A stretch of 64,000 nucleotides of DNA from Cryomorphaceae bacterium (GTDB taxonomy: Bacteria; Bacteroidota; Bacteroidia; Flavobacteriales_D; SKUL01). Shown here piece after piece: positions 18,701 through 27,204 of the stretch (positions are counted from its first letter, which is position 1; the number at the start of each line of letters is the position of its first letter). Both the position numbers and the translations under genes were made by a program. Location: the NCBI GenBank assembly GCA_007695365.1, contig REDV01000092.1:114708-178707 (forward strand), read 5' to 3'. The notes below the pieces were generated by a model, which did no database searches, was not told where the DNA came from, and saw only the letters and a program-made list of their open reading frames with translations.

Positions 18701-19914
18701 GTTTCTTCCGATGACACGAGGTAAACCCAGGGGCGGTTGTTTCCTGAAAATTCCCAATCGCCGTTTTGCAATTGGAAACGCCACGTGGTGACCATTCCAG
18801 ACAATTCAAGATCATTGGTAGGGAGGCTGATATAGCTAGTGCTTTGAACATCTGAAAGGTTATGCTTGAGTGAGTAGGTTCCGGAGATGGCATTTACCGT
18901 GCTGGTTGCCCAGTGGCCATCTGTGCCCTGTGTCCAGTTGTTGAGGTTATTGGATTCGAAATCGTCCTCGTAGAAGAGATTCGCGATTTTGTCGTTGTCG
19001 ATGATTTGTAGCGAAAAATTGGAGGGTGAACTAATTATGGTGCTGTTCCCACCAGTGGGGTTCATCAATTGAAAGGCAATGAACTCATCGTCCTTGCACA
19101 GGGCATCATCTACAATGGTAAGTGTTACCGTTTGATCTGCTGAGCTACCTGCAGGGAATACCACGGTCTGGCTGTTAAAGCCGTTTACCGCACTGTCGTC
19201 ACCGGTCATTAGCACTACATCAACCTCGGTATCAACCGTGGCAGAGGGATTTTCAATGCTTACCACAATATCGTAGGTGCCATCACCTTCGCTGGTAACT
19301 CCGGAGGGTGAGGCAAAAGAAACAGCTGTGCTAAGGGTAGTAAGTGTTCCGTCGATTTCCAGACCTACACCGTTAAAACGGCTCATCCAGTAGGTTCCAC
19401 TTCCAGCGCTGGCCTCCCAGGCATACCAACGTATATAAATTTGTTCGCCCTCAGGTACATCAATATCCAGGCCTGTAATGGATTGAGGTATTCCACTGCT
19501 GCCAGATGCAATTGTGCCGCTTTGAATCATTGTGCTGTTGGCAAAAACTCCATCCAGGCTCCAATACACCGCAAAGTTCGGTGGGCCAGTAGCAGACCTT
19601 CTGTTATTGTATCGTATTTCGGTGATGTTCATCTCAAAACCTGGGTCGGGGGTAAGAACCACTTCAAAGTAGGCGGTAGAATCAAGATTTGCGCCTACGG
19701 GCCATTGATCAGCTCGAAAACCATTGGAGCCAGGGTTCGTCCCGGGAGTCGGAATGTTGACTCCTACTGCAGTAATATTCCCTGCAGTTAGGTTGGGGTC
19801 AACGGAAGTAGCCGCCACGGTCGCATCCAGGCTGTATTCAGCTATGGTCTGCGCTTTACCGTTGCTAGCCATCAGTAGGGTAGAAGCTACAAGAAGGGTA
19901 AAAATTTTATTCAT
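15733..19914 (-). CDS. Large T9SS-secreted cell-surface protein (Calx-beta-like, SprB-type repeats, PKD, type A C-terminal sorting domain)
   Basis: Signal peptide MNKIFTLLVASTLLMASNGKAQT (ATG at 19914). Contains a Calx-beta-like segment (VVFPAGSSADQTVTLTIVDDALCKDDEF), two Cys-bounded SprB-like repeats and a PKD-like unit. The C-terminus (MNILGQTLY...GVYLVNVSINDEVKTQKIVINR) is typical of T9SS type A CTDs. Confidence 0.85.
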   Translation of the reverse strand: MNKIFTLLVASTLLMASNGKAQTIAEYSLDATVAATSVDPNLTAGNITAVGVNIPTPGTNPGSNGFRADQWPVGANLDSTAYFEVVLTPDPGFEMNITEIRYNNRRSATGPPNFAVYWSLDGVFANSTMIQSGTIASGSSGIPQSITGLDIDVPEGEQIYIRWYAWEASAGSGTYWMSRFNGVGLEIDGTLTTLSTAVSFASPSGVTSEGDGTYDIVVSIENPSATVDTEVDVVLMTGDDSAVNGFNSQTVVFPAGSSADQTVTLTIVDDALCKDDEFIAFQLMNPTGGNSTIISSPSNFSLQIIDNDKIANLFYEDDFESNNLNNWTQGTDGHWATSTVNAISGTYSLKHNLSDVQSTSYISLPTNDLELSGMVTTWRFQLQNGDWEFSGNNRPWVYLVSSEETIFPTNQTTGYAVGIENIGPAPFSRFLALYRIPPTGEVPLVVSTLNWNEGKTVGVEVVRDEAGNWVLRYDEDGGFDDLVTAGSAFDDTYTSANYMGLAFQFTSTRAGELWMDDFSVTQTTCQNTFYSQQSGDFGDDIWDVVPGGTAGPAVFNLYNDFVIQSGHDLDLTANVDLGGLTIESGASLDMGTDGYTLKMTGDWSNNGSFEAGDGNVRMVGVSNVTASGNNTFYDLSLDKLGGTVTMDGATDLLGTLTVTKGNLDTDGNPFTLKSTASQTASVGPVGASSNITGDFTVERYIQNGPTGWRNMGSSVSGATLQGWNEHFTTTGFPGADFPDWPTPANRFVSLKYYDETLPGDREIGWMSPTNTSNVIPDGRGYWMYIGGSELPETVNLTGELITGDFSYDLDYTESLGDFHDGWNLLSNVYASTVDWDSPNLTKVDIENGIWIWDANIQQYGTYISSVSTHGVTNEIAHSQSFWVHTLDINAALTFRESAKSSNNNADWIKQNVEAVSLVRLQIDGNGFMDETVLVFNDDATIGYEGTHDAMKFFSPNEEVPSLAMLANNGEEDFDVAINALPMPETGGISIPLKALAGVNGNYLLSVSDIQNLPSSACLYVEDLETGDVMLIEEGANLTVALDTGYHDARFVIHVSAPVSADKTDNSCADANDGMITALGAGEGPWTYTWLNEAGQVVKVSENLMEADTLNNLAAGLYTLEVSGSDEVCGTRSEEFYINEPMPLSASTILEAANCNSGANGQVAVLASGGQGTWSLAIYQNEELLDEVTNEEGTYSFVNLESGWYTIQAGNTCGVIEEIVHLFDESAPVANFEGPESISLTMGGEVNFTNTSLNAEWFEWFIGDDEYYTENITHTFTLPGTHEVIMYAFFGDCYDVVTKSIEVTDIAANVEVIETPDNISIWYDGREVVIEHSFNGQQMDIRIMNILGQTLYTNQSFAERTMINVGSSEYTAGVYLVNVSINDEVKTQKIVINR

Positions 19915-19971
19915 GATGAAAGATGTTTCAGGTTGGTATGGCGGCGATTTGGATATTAGACAATTTGCCCT

Positions 19972-19979
19972 CAAATATA
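19972..19979 (-). promoter_or_regulatory. Candidate -7 box (TATATTTG) for adhesin gene
   Basis: The minus strand matches TAnnTTTG, 58 nt upstream of the ATG at 19914. Confidence 0.35.
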
Positions 19980-20121
19980 AGGGTATTGGTACAAAATACA
20001 GTACAGCTTTCTTGGAGATTATAAACAAGACTTGTTTGCTCCTCAACAATCGTTTATACGGAGTTATTGCAGAAGTGTTGCACATTTCATGGATATGATG
20101 TGCCAATAACGGATGAAGGGT

Positions 20122-20655
20122 TTATTTCCTCTTGGGGACAGTGATTTGTTGCGTGTGCGTGGCAGTGTTGCCGCAAACATCAGAGGCTGTCCAGGTACGA
20201 GTGATGATTACATTATCCGGATCAGAGAAATTGTACTGTTCGTCAAAGCTGATATCTGCACCCTGGCCACCATCGTCAAAGGCTCCAACAAACAGTGCCC
20301 GCGGAATTTCTTCTCTGCTGGCAACAAGCGTATCAACGGGGGCATTTTGGAAAACAGGAGGGGTGTCGTCAACCAAAGTGATGTACTGGCTTTCGGTAAG
20401 TTTGTTACCACAGGCATCGCTGAATTCATATGTGCGCTCAATAGCACCAGCACATCCTCCGGAAAAGTGTTTGTCGGTGAAATCGACCTGCAACTTGCCG
20501 GGGCAATTGCTGTGTGCTTCATATAGCACAGCGTCTTCCAAATCGGCTACGTTTACACGAACCTGTTTTTCAAAATGAGAGAGGGTGATGCCATTGGTCT
20601 GAGCCTGAGCATAGAAGGTAAAAAGCGAACAAAAAGACAGAATAACGAACTTCAT
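20122..20655 (-). CDS. Secreted protein with two adhesin-type modules ending in xRTaxFSDACGN / RTWTASDVCGN
   Basis: Signal peptide MKFVILSFCSLFTFYAQAQT (ATG at 20655) and two repeats ending in ...CGN-x7-Q-x-IT. No T9SS CTD is visible. Confidence 0.6.
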   Translation of the reverse strand: MKFVILSFCSLFTFYAQAQTNGITLSHFEKQVRVNVADLEDAVLYEAHSNCPGKLQVDFTDKHFSGGCAGAIERTYEFSDACGNKLTESQYITLVDDTPPVFQNAPVDTLVASREEIPRALFVGAFDDGGQGADISFDEQYNFSDPDNVIITRTWTASDVCGNTATHTQQITVPKRK

Positions 20656-20751
20656 AGGACACATGAATTGGATATCTAAAGGTAACACTTTTCTGACCAA
20701 TACAAGATGACCTATGCGCAAGCTTTTTCCACAGCGAGGTGCAACAATTGT

Positions 20752-21801
20752 TTATAGCACCATAATACGTTGAGAAAGGGTTTCTTTGTTGGTCTGAAAA
20801 TGAATGAGGTACAAACCTGCTCTCAGATTGCCCAGGTCCAGTTGCGTGGAGAAGTTAGAGTGAATGCTAAGGTTTTCCGGAAGCGCATAAATATGTTGAC
20901 CCAACATATCACTGATCCAAAGCTTGCCATTTGTTACTTCAGAGCTGCGGATATTGACAGAGACCAACTGCCTTGCCGGGTTGGGAAACACGCCAAGCGA
21001 GATGTTGCCGGTTTGTGTTTCTACATGCGTTACCTGCTGCGGAATGGTGTAGAACATCTCTGCGCCTTCGTTGCTTCCGGGGCATGCATCACTGCTCCAG
21101 GAGCGTTGGTAGAGGAGGGGGCCGCGCTGTTCGGGACTCATCCAGATGTGCTCCAATACGGTGTAGTGGCGCTCCATGTCCAGATTGGCGTTGTAGCGGG
21201 TAGTAAGCGTGGTTCTTCGAATTTTGAGAACGTTTTCATAGGTTCCATTAGGCAAAATCAGCGTGCCATAGCCTACGCCCTCGCATTCTACCAATTGGTC
21301 AAGAGCCCAGTCTCTACACATGCTGAAGAGTGTGCCTGAAGATTCGTCAGAAGAAATGCTTCCGAATTCAAAAGGGTACTCAAACCAGGTAGCACCGTTG
21401 TGCATTTGAATCACTTCATTGTCCCCTCCCTGACCGAGGGAAACTAAACCGGCCTCCTGATTGCTCCAGTAACGAACCGAGCCGTTTGGAAGCGCCATGG
21501 CTACATTGGCCATTCCGAAGAAGGGAAAATCACTGATGTCGCCTGGGTGAATGATGCTGCCGCCCCAAATTTCGGAGTTGCCCAGCGTATGCAGATCTGT
21601 AAAATCCCAGATTTGGTTGGCGCCATCCGGGCCGTCGTGCATATTTTCGGTAGCGACGTCGTATGCCAGAACCCAATCGCCTGGCTCGTAAAAGCAGTTG
21701 TGTTGAAGAATAGGTTGTGCGTTGACCGTCAGTGAGATGAATAGCACTTGTGATAGAAAGTAAAGTTGTTTCACGGGGTTGCGCTTAGAGTTGCAGCGCA
21801 A
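20752..21801 (-). CDS. T9SS type A sorting domain-containing secreted protein
   Basis: N-terminal signal (…FLSQVLFISLTVNAQP). The C-terminus (GVFPNPARQLVSVNI...AGLYLIHFQTNKETLSQRIMVL) is a typical Por/T9SS CTD. The start is uncertain: TTG at 21801 or GTG at 21771. Confidence 0.75.
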   Translation of the reverse strand: MRCNSKRNPVKQLYFLSQVLFISLTVNAQPILQHNCFYEPGDWVLAYDVATENMHDGPDGANQIWDFTDLHTLGNSEIWGGSIIHPGDISDFPFFGMANVAMALPNGSVRYWSNQEAGLVSLGQGGDNEVIQMHNGATWFEYPFEFGSISSDESSGTLFSMCRDWALDQLVECEGVGYGTLILPNGTYENVLKIRRTTLTTRYNANLDMERHYTVLEHIWMSPEQRGPLLYQRSWSSDACPGSNEGAEMFYTIPQQVTHVETQTGNISLGVFPNPARQLVSVNIRSSEVTNGKLWISDMLGQHIYALPENLSIHSNFSTQLDLGNLRAGLYLIHFQTNKETLSQRIMVL

Positions 21802-21851
21802 AGGTAAGCCCGATTGAGTGCAATGTCAAGATTGTCGGTGTGAAATAGTTG

Positions 21852-22127
21852 TTAGTCGCTGTTTATTTCTGTTTCGTCGGGTTTCTCGTTAAAGTCCTTA
21901 AAGTTGCCGAGAAAGTGAGCGATCTGCGCTTTGTAATTCTCGAACTTGATCAGGTAGGAGCTTTCGGCTGTTTCATGGCGTAGCACGTGAATGGTGTTGT
22001 TGCGATGATCGGTCATACAAACCAAATGTTCCTGAAAACCATCAGGATACTTTTTCTTAAGTTCGTTGCGCACTGTTTCAGGCAAGCGTTCGAAGCTCAC
22101 CATAACTCTTCGTTTTCCCGTTTTCAT
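21852..22127 (-). CDS. Hypothetical protein (91 aa)
   Basis: I chose the ATG at 22127 (MKTGKRRVMVSFERLPETV...). I recognise no motif. Confidence 0.4.
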   Translation of the reverse strand: MKTGKRRVMVSFERLPETVRNELKKKYPDGFQEHLVCMTDHRNNTIHVLRHETAESSYLIKFENYKAQIAHFLGNFKDFNEKPDETEINSD

Positions 22128-22495
22128 AGCTTTCCATTGCTTTGGTTGTGCAAAAGGCTTAAATACGTTTTTGAGATGCGATGGGTTGCAATTACACCAG
22201 CACAACTCGCTGCGTTTTGGATGGTCGCGGGATGGGTTGAGTGTTGAATAGGTCAGGTAGGCAGTATGTTGCGCTAATTTTCGTAGTGCTTGCGCTGCAT
22301 ACAGCAAAGAGCTTAAATTTGCCGTGAGAGTGGTTGTTCACGAATAGCCTATGAACCAAACATTAAAGTGAATTCACTGCACAAAAATTTTAGCGGTATC
22401 TCCGAATTCCGTAAATTGGCCACTTTGAAAATTGTTGAAAAAACGTTAATAAACCTTCTACTGCCTGAATGGCAGTGTTTTGTAAGCCTGCAATA

Positions 22496-25400
22496 ATGTT
22501 GAGAACTTCGGTATTTCTGATGTGTGTGTTTTGTGCTTTGAGCTCGAATGCCCAGGTGTTTTGGTCGGAAGATTTTGGCAATATACCCGGGTGTAACAGC
22601 CAAACAGCAGACGGTTTTAATTCTGGCCTTGGACAATGGACAGTTGTTCAGGTGGACCCCGGTGCAAACTCTGTTCAACCAAACGTATGGTATGTGAGTG
22701 CGACAGAGGCTGGGATGGGGGAAGGGAATTGTGGCGAGGGCTGTCTTGACACGCCGGGCCTGAGCAATGCATCATTGCATGTAAGCACCGACCTGCTCGG
22801 AGATTTAGGGGCAGCCTATTTCGAGACGGGGTTTGGCTTTACGGATACTGACATCCGGGCTCAATCACCCATTATTGACTGCTCCGGTCAGGCAGAGATT
22901 ACCATGAGTTTTTTGTACATGGCAGGTGGTAACAATGATGACTTTTGTTCGATTCAATATTTCGATGGTATGACATGGAGCGATTTGGGGACATTGCCTC
23001 AAACTGCTCTTACTTGTGCTCCTCAGGGAATCTGGACTGCTTTTTCTGTGGCTTTACCGGCCAGTGCCGATAACAACCCCAATGTGCGCATCGGTTTCAG
23101 GTGGATTAACGTGGACGACGGCATTGCCACAGACCCAAGTGTAGCCATAGACGACATTGAACTCTTTACCGGTGCGCCTCCACCACCGCCTGACATTTTC
23201 GCTGATTTCACGTCAAGTGAAACTATTGTATGTGCCGGTGATTGTGTTGAGTTCACCGATTTGAGCGATGGGCCCGTAACAGGTTGGACATGGACCTTTG
23301 AAGGAGGAACGCCGGGGTCATCAAATCAGCAGAGTCCAGCCGATGTTTGCTACGATAACCCCGGAACCTATGCCGTTACGCTCGAAGTGACCGGACCTGG
23401 TGGTGCTAACGATGTTCTTACCATACCGGGTTTTATAGAGGTAGAGGCATGCGGTTTGCCTCCACAGGCATCATTTACAGCTAGCTCTACCGATATTTGT
23501 GCCGGAGAATGTGTTGATTTTACTGACACCAGTCTTGGCGATGATATAACATCTTGGACGTGGGGGTTTACCGGAGCCAATCCGAATAACTCCAATCAAC
23601 AAAACCCCACTAACGTATGTTACGACACGCCAGGAACCTACGCGGTAAGCTTGAGCGTTTCAAGTGCTTTTGGAGATGATTCAACCACTGAGAACGCCTT
23701 TATTACGGTAAGCGATTGCTCAGATCCACCGGAAGCTGCCTTTTCCTCCAATGTCCAGAATATTTGTGCAGGAGATTGTGTGAACTTCACAGATCAGAGT
23801 ACGGGTAACATTACGGATTGGCAGTGGACTTTTACCGGCGCGGAAACCGCAAATTCCACCAACCAGAACCCCAACAACATCTGCTACAATACCCCCGGCT
23901 CATACAGCGTGACTCTGGTGGTAACCGGCCCTGATGGAAATGATCAGACAACGGTGAACAATTTTATAGTGGTTGATGACTGCTCAGCCCCCCCTACAGC
24001 TGCTTTTTCCTCCAATGTGCAGAATATCTGCATTGGTGATTGCGTAAACTTCAATGACCAAAGCACCGGATCGGTGAACACATGGCAGTGGACATTCGAC
24101 GGTGCTGATACCCAAAACTCAAACAATCAAAATCCCGGAAATATCTGCTACAGCAATGAGGGTACATTTGCGGTAACCCTGCTGGTTACTGGTGATGATG
24201 GCGACGATGAAGTGACGGTGAACGGATACATCACCGTAGCAGACTGCGCTGGTCCGCAAGCTGGTTTTACTGCATCTGAGCTGGTGATCTGTGAAGGCGA
24301 CTGTATTGATTTCATCAACCAAAGTATTGGTGGTGCCACAGATTTTGAGTGGTCTTTTCCGGGGGCTGATACGCCTTCGTCAACCGATGCCAATCCAACG
24401 GAAATATGCTACCAAAGTGCAGGTCAGTATGAGGTTACCCTCGAAGCCTCTGACGGAGTTGAAACAGACATTTTGACCCAACCTGCGTTCATTACTGTAG
24501 AAGAATGCCTTCCTGAACCTGCACCTCCAGTGCAGATTGGCTCGTCAACTACGCTTATTTGTTTGGGTGACTGTGTTTCTTTTACCGACCTGACAGAAGG
24601 AAACACCAGCAATTGGTCGTGGAGTTTTCCGGGTGCAGTTCCCTCTTTCTCAACGGTACAAAATCCACCACAGGTATGCTATCTGAACGAAGGCAGTTTT
24701 GATGTAACCCTTGAACTCACCGTTGACGGAGAGATCACGGATTCAACCTTCAGCAATTTTATCACGGTGGTTGATACCTGCGGCCCTATTGCCAATTTCA
24801 ACTACACGCCTATTGTGTGTTTGGGGCAGTGTTATGATTTTGAAAACACCAGTACAGGTGGTACGAGCTATTTCTGGACCTTCGAGGGAGCAGCAACTCC
24901 CACATCGGAGATGGAAAACCCCACTGATATCTGTTACCTCGACCAAACAGGAATTTACAATGTAACCCTTACCGTAACCAATCAATTTGGGTCTTCTACA
25001 TCTATTACCCAGCAAATCACAGTGGTGAATCCGCCAAACGTGAATGCCGGACCCGATCAAACCATTGTTCAGGGCACCAGCACCACACTCACGGCCGTAG
25101 CCGGAAACGGAACCGGAAACTTTGTTTGGCAACCCTTTGAAGACGTGCTTTGCTTCTCTTGTCCAAGTACGGTTACCTATCCTTTAAATGAAACCACGAC
25201 ATTTATCGTGTTTTACGAGCAGTCTGGTGGGTGTCAAAGCTCCGATACCGTTACCGTGTTTGTAGAAGAGTCCTACGTAGTTGGCGTACCGAACTCTTTT
25301 TCGCCGAATGGCGATGGAGTGAACGACGTACTCTTCGTGAGAGGCAACAACATTACCCGTATGCGATTTGTGGTTTACAATCGCTATGGTCAAAAAGTAT

Positions 25401-25546
25401 TTGAAACCAACGACCAAAGTGTGGGTTGGGATGGTACCATGGGAGGCCGGGAATTGAATGCAGGTGTTTTTGGTTACTATTTAGAAGTGTTTCAGTTAGA
25501 TGGAAATCAACAAATCATAAAGGGAGATATTACCCTGGTAAGATAA
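22496..25546 (+). CDS. Multi-PKD cell-surface protein with T9SS type B (gliding-motility CHU_C-type) C-terminal domain
   Basis: Signal peptide MLRTSVFLMCVFCALSSNAQ, an N-terminal MAM/jelly-roll-like domain, a PPPPP linker and seven PKD units. The C-terminus is VPNSFSPNGDGVNDVLFVRG...GVFGYYLEV...KGDITLVR. Confidence 0.9.
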   Translation: MLRTSVFLMCVFCALSSNAQVFWSEDFGNIPGCNSQTADGFNSGLGQWTVVQVDPGANSVQPNVWYVSATEAGMGEGNCGEGCLDTPGLSNASLHVSTDLLGDLGAAYFETGFGFTDTDIRAQSPIIDCSGQAEITMSFLYMAGGNNDDFCSIQYFDGMTWSDLGTLPQTALTCAPQGIWTAFSVALPASADNNPNVRIGFRWINVDDGIATDPSVAIDDIELFTGAPPPPPDIFADFTSSETIVCAGDCVEFTDLSDGPVTGWTWTFEGGTPGSSNQQSPADVCYDNPGTYAVTLEVTGPGGANDVLTIPGFIEVEACGLPPQASFTASSTDICAGECVDFTDTSLGDDITSWTWGFTGANPNNSNQQNPTNVCYDTPGTYAVSLSVSSAFGDDSTTENAFITVSDCSDPPEAAFSSNVQNICAGDCVNFTDQSTGNITDWQWTFTGAETANSTNQNPNNICYNTPGSYSVTLVVTGPDGNDQTTVNNFIVVDDCSAPPTAAFSSNVQNICIGDCVNFNDQSTGSVNTWQWTFDGADTQNSNNQNPGNICYSNEGTFAVTLLVTGDDGDDEVTVNGYITVADCAGPQAGFTASELVICEGDCIDFINQSIGGATDFEWSFPGADTPSSTDANPTEICYQSAGQYEVTLEASDGVETDILTQPAFITVEECLPEPAPPVQIGSSTTLICLGDCVSFTDLTEGNTSNWSWSFPGAVPSFSTVQNPPQVCYLNEGSFDVTLELTVDGEITDSTFSNFITVVDTCGPIANFNYTPIVCLGQCYDFENTSTGGTSYFWTFEGAATPTSEMENPTDICYLDQTGIYNVTLTVTNQFGSSTSITQQITVVNPPNVNAGPDQTIVQGTSTTLTAVAGNGTGNFVWQPFEDVLCFSCPSTVTYPLNETTTFIVFYEQSGGCQSSDTVTVFVEESYVVGVPNSFSPNGDGVNDVLFVRGNNITRMRFVVYNRYGQKVFETNDQSVGWDGTMGGRELNAGVFGYYLEVFQLDGNQQIIKGDITLVR
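23198..25030 (+). repeat. Seven tandem in-frame PKD-coding repeats (about 250-260 bp each)
   Basis: Recurrent F-x-x-x-x-x-x-C-x-G-x-C-V-x-F-T-D-x-S...W-x-W-x-F-x-G...Q-N-P-x-x-x-C-Y...G-x-Y-x-V-x-L units. Units 3 and 4 share the identical peptide AAFSSNVQNIC and closely similar DNA. Confidence 0.85.
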
Positions 25547-25552
25547 CCGCGT

Positions 25553-26611
25553 ATGAAGAAAAAACTACTCTTCGCATGTACAGTAGCAGGAATGATGGGG
25601 TGGGCGGATGTAACTGCGCAGCAGGATGTCCATTTCTCTCAGTTCTATTATTCGCCTGTGCATTGGAATCCAGCTGCGGCCGGAGCAACCCGTGGCGACA
25701 TGCGCGCGGTGGCAACCTACCGTAATCAGTGGGCTTCGGTGTCCACCCCTTTTGTAACGTCGGCAGCTTCATTTGATGCCCCGATACAAACCCGTAACAT
25801 GGGAGACAATTTCCTGGGAATTGGTTTGAATTTTAATCATGATCAGGCCGGTACACAAGGAATGAGCAACCTAAACATCAATGGGGCTCTGAGCTACAGT
25901 CTCGATTTGGGTAGTCGTTACAAGAAGCCCCACTACATCTCTTTCGGATTGAATTTCGGATTTCTGCAGCGAAGCTTCAACACACCTGAGTCAACATGGG
26001 ATCGTCAGTGGGCAGGAAACGGTTTTGACCCCACCATTAACAATGGTGAGGGTATGCGGGGCGGAAAACTCGCTCGAGGTAATGTGACCGTAGGGGCAGG
26101 CGCACTGTGGAACTACACGTTTGATGATGACAAGCGGTTTTACCTGGGAGCAGCCATGTTTCATGTTAACCGACCCAACATGAGTTTGATTGAGGACTTT
26201 GACAACCTCTATCATAAGTTTACATACATGGCTGGTTTTGAGCTTGGGCACCCTGACAGGATGACCACCTTTCGCCCCAATATTATGGCGATGATGATGG
26301 GCCCTAACTTCTTTATGAACTTTGGGGGAGATGTGACCTTCGATTTGACAGATCGTACTGCCTACACGAACTACAAGAATCATCTTGCTGCGGGCTTTGG
26401 TATATACCACCGCCTTATGGACGCCATGATTTTTGCGATAAACATTGAGTACTCAAATTTTCGCATTGGCTTTGCATACGACCTGAACATATCGGGCTTT
26501 GATGTTGCAACCGGTGGAAACGGTGCTTTTGAAATTCTCCTTATGTACGAACCCCGATTTGGAGGCCCTGACACACAACGTCAGAAACTGCGCCGCAACA
26601 AGGGACTTTAA
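25553..26611 (+). CDS. PorP/SprF family type IX secretion system membrane protein
   Basis: QQDVHFSQFYYSPVHWNPAAAG...YRNQWASV is the family signature. It starts 6 nt downstream of the type B CTD cargo gene. Confidence 0.9.
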   Translation: MKKKLLFACTVAGMMGWADVTAQQDVHFSQFYYSPVHWNPAAAGATRGDMRAVATYRNQWASVSTPFVTSAASFDAPIQTRNMGDNFLGIGLNFNHDQAGTQGMSNLNINGALSYSLDLGSRYKKPHYISFGLNFGFLQRSFNTPESTWDRQWAGNGFDPTINNGEGMRGGKLARGNVTVGAGALWNYTFDDDKRFYLGAAMFHVNRPNMSLIEDFDNLYHKFTYMAGFELGHPDRMTTFRPNIMAMMMGPNFFMNFGGDVTFDLTDRTAYTNYKNHLAAGFGIYHRLMDAMIFAINIEYSNFRIGFAYDLNISGFDVATGGNGAFEILLMYEPRFGGPDTQRQKLRRNKGL

Positions 26612-26629
26612 TCCTAATCCTCAGCGAAA

Positions 26630-27145
26630 TCAGATTCGCTTCAATTGCTGTTGGAGCATTTTGATCTGATCAGCCAGAATTTTGTGCTTGTCGAGCTTTT
26701 TAGCTTCGGCTAAAAGCGTCGTAGCCTCTCGCTTCTTGCGTTTTGCCATACAAATACCGGCAAGGTTGAGTTTGGCCATTGCCTGATCGTGTTTCATGCG
26801 TAGCCCAAGATTGAGCGCCTTGCGGAAGTATTTCTCGGCCTGTGTTAAACTTTTCAACTGAGACTCTACCATGCCGAGCAGGTAGTAATAGTAGGCTTCC
26901 TGTGAGCGTACCAACAAATCAGGTCGTTTTATCCTCAAAAGAGCCGCATGCGCTTTATCGGGCTTTTGGCGACGCAACTGGAAAAATGCCCAGAGAATGC
27001 GCTCGTCCTTGAAAATACTCAAGACTATAAGCGCCAACACGAAAATAAGTGAGATGCCGTTTCCTATGTGTCCTGAACTGAATTGCCAGATTATCAATCC
27101 GAGAAGCGCTGCGATGAGCGTAAACTTCACTACGCGGTTTACCAT
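26630..27145 (-). CDS. Membrane-anchored TPR-like protein (hypothetical)
   Basis: Two N-terminal TM helices followed by TPR-like helices (AYYYYLLGMVESQLKSLTQAEKYFRKALNL). Confidence 0.5.
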   Translation of the reverse strand: MVNRVVKFTLIAALLGLIIWQFSSGHIGNGISLIFVLALIVLSIFKDERILWAFFQLRRQKPDKAHAALLRIKRPDLLVRSQEAYYYYLLGMVESQLKSLTQAEKYFRKALNLGLRMKHDQAMAKLNLAGICMAKRKKREATTLLAEAKKLDKHKILADQIKMLQQQLKRI

Positions 27146-27164
27146 GGTTTTCGGGAAATTTCGG

Positions 27165-27172
27165 CAAAGTTA
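27165..27172 (-). promoter_or_regulatory. Candidate -7 box (TAACTTTG)
   Basis: The minus strand matches TAnnTTTG, 20 nt upstream of the ATG at 27145. Confidence 0.35.
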
Positions 27173-27204
27173 AAAAAGCCGGCGGGATGGATGACCTGAC
27201 TGTT

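Noticed and set aside
15871-20098. Numerous 60-150-aa plus-strand ORFs antisense to the adhesin gene, and plus-strand ORFs 20113..20578 antisense to the 20122..20655 gene.
   Set aside because: These are antisense shadows within long, well-supported minus-strand genes that have a signal peptide, domain motifs and a CTD.
22128-22495. The minus-strand 109-aa and 63-aa ORFs (22349..22678 and 22390..22581), plus small palindromes (GTGAATTCAC and CTGCC-N5-GGCAG), in the divergent region upstream of the PKD gene.
   Set aside because: The ORFs overlap the PKD gene start and have no supporting features. The palindromes are short and could arise by chance, so I only treat the region as a divergent promoter region.
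23198-25030. Regularly spaced repeats that could be mistaken for a CRISPR-like or satellite array.
   Set aside because: The repeats are about 255 bp long, in frame, and encode PKD domains of a single long ORF. There is no short repeat/spacer structure.
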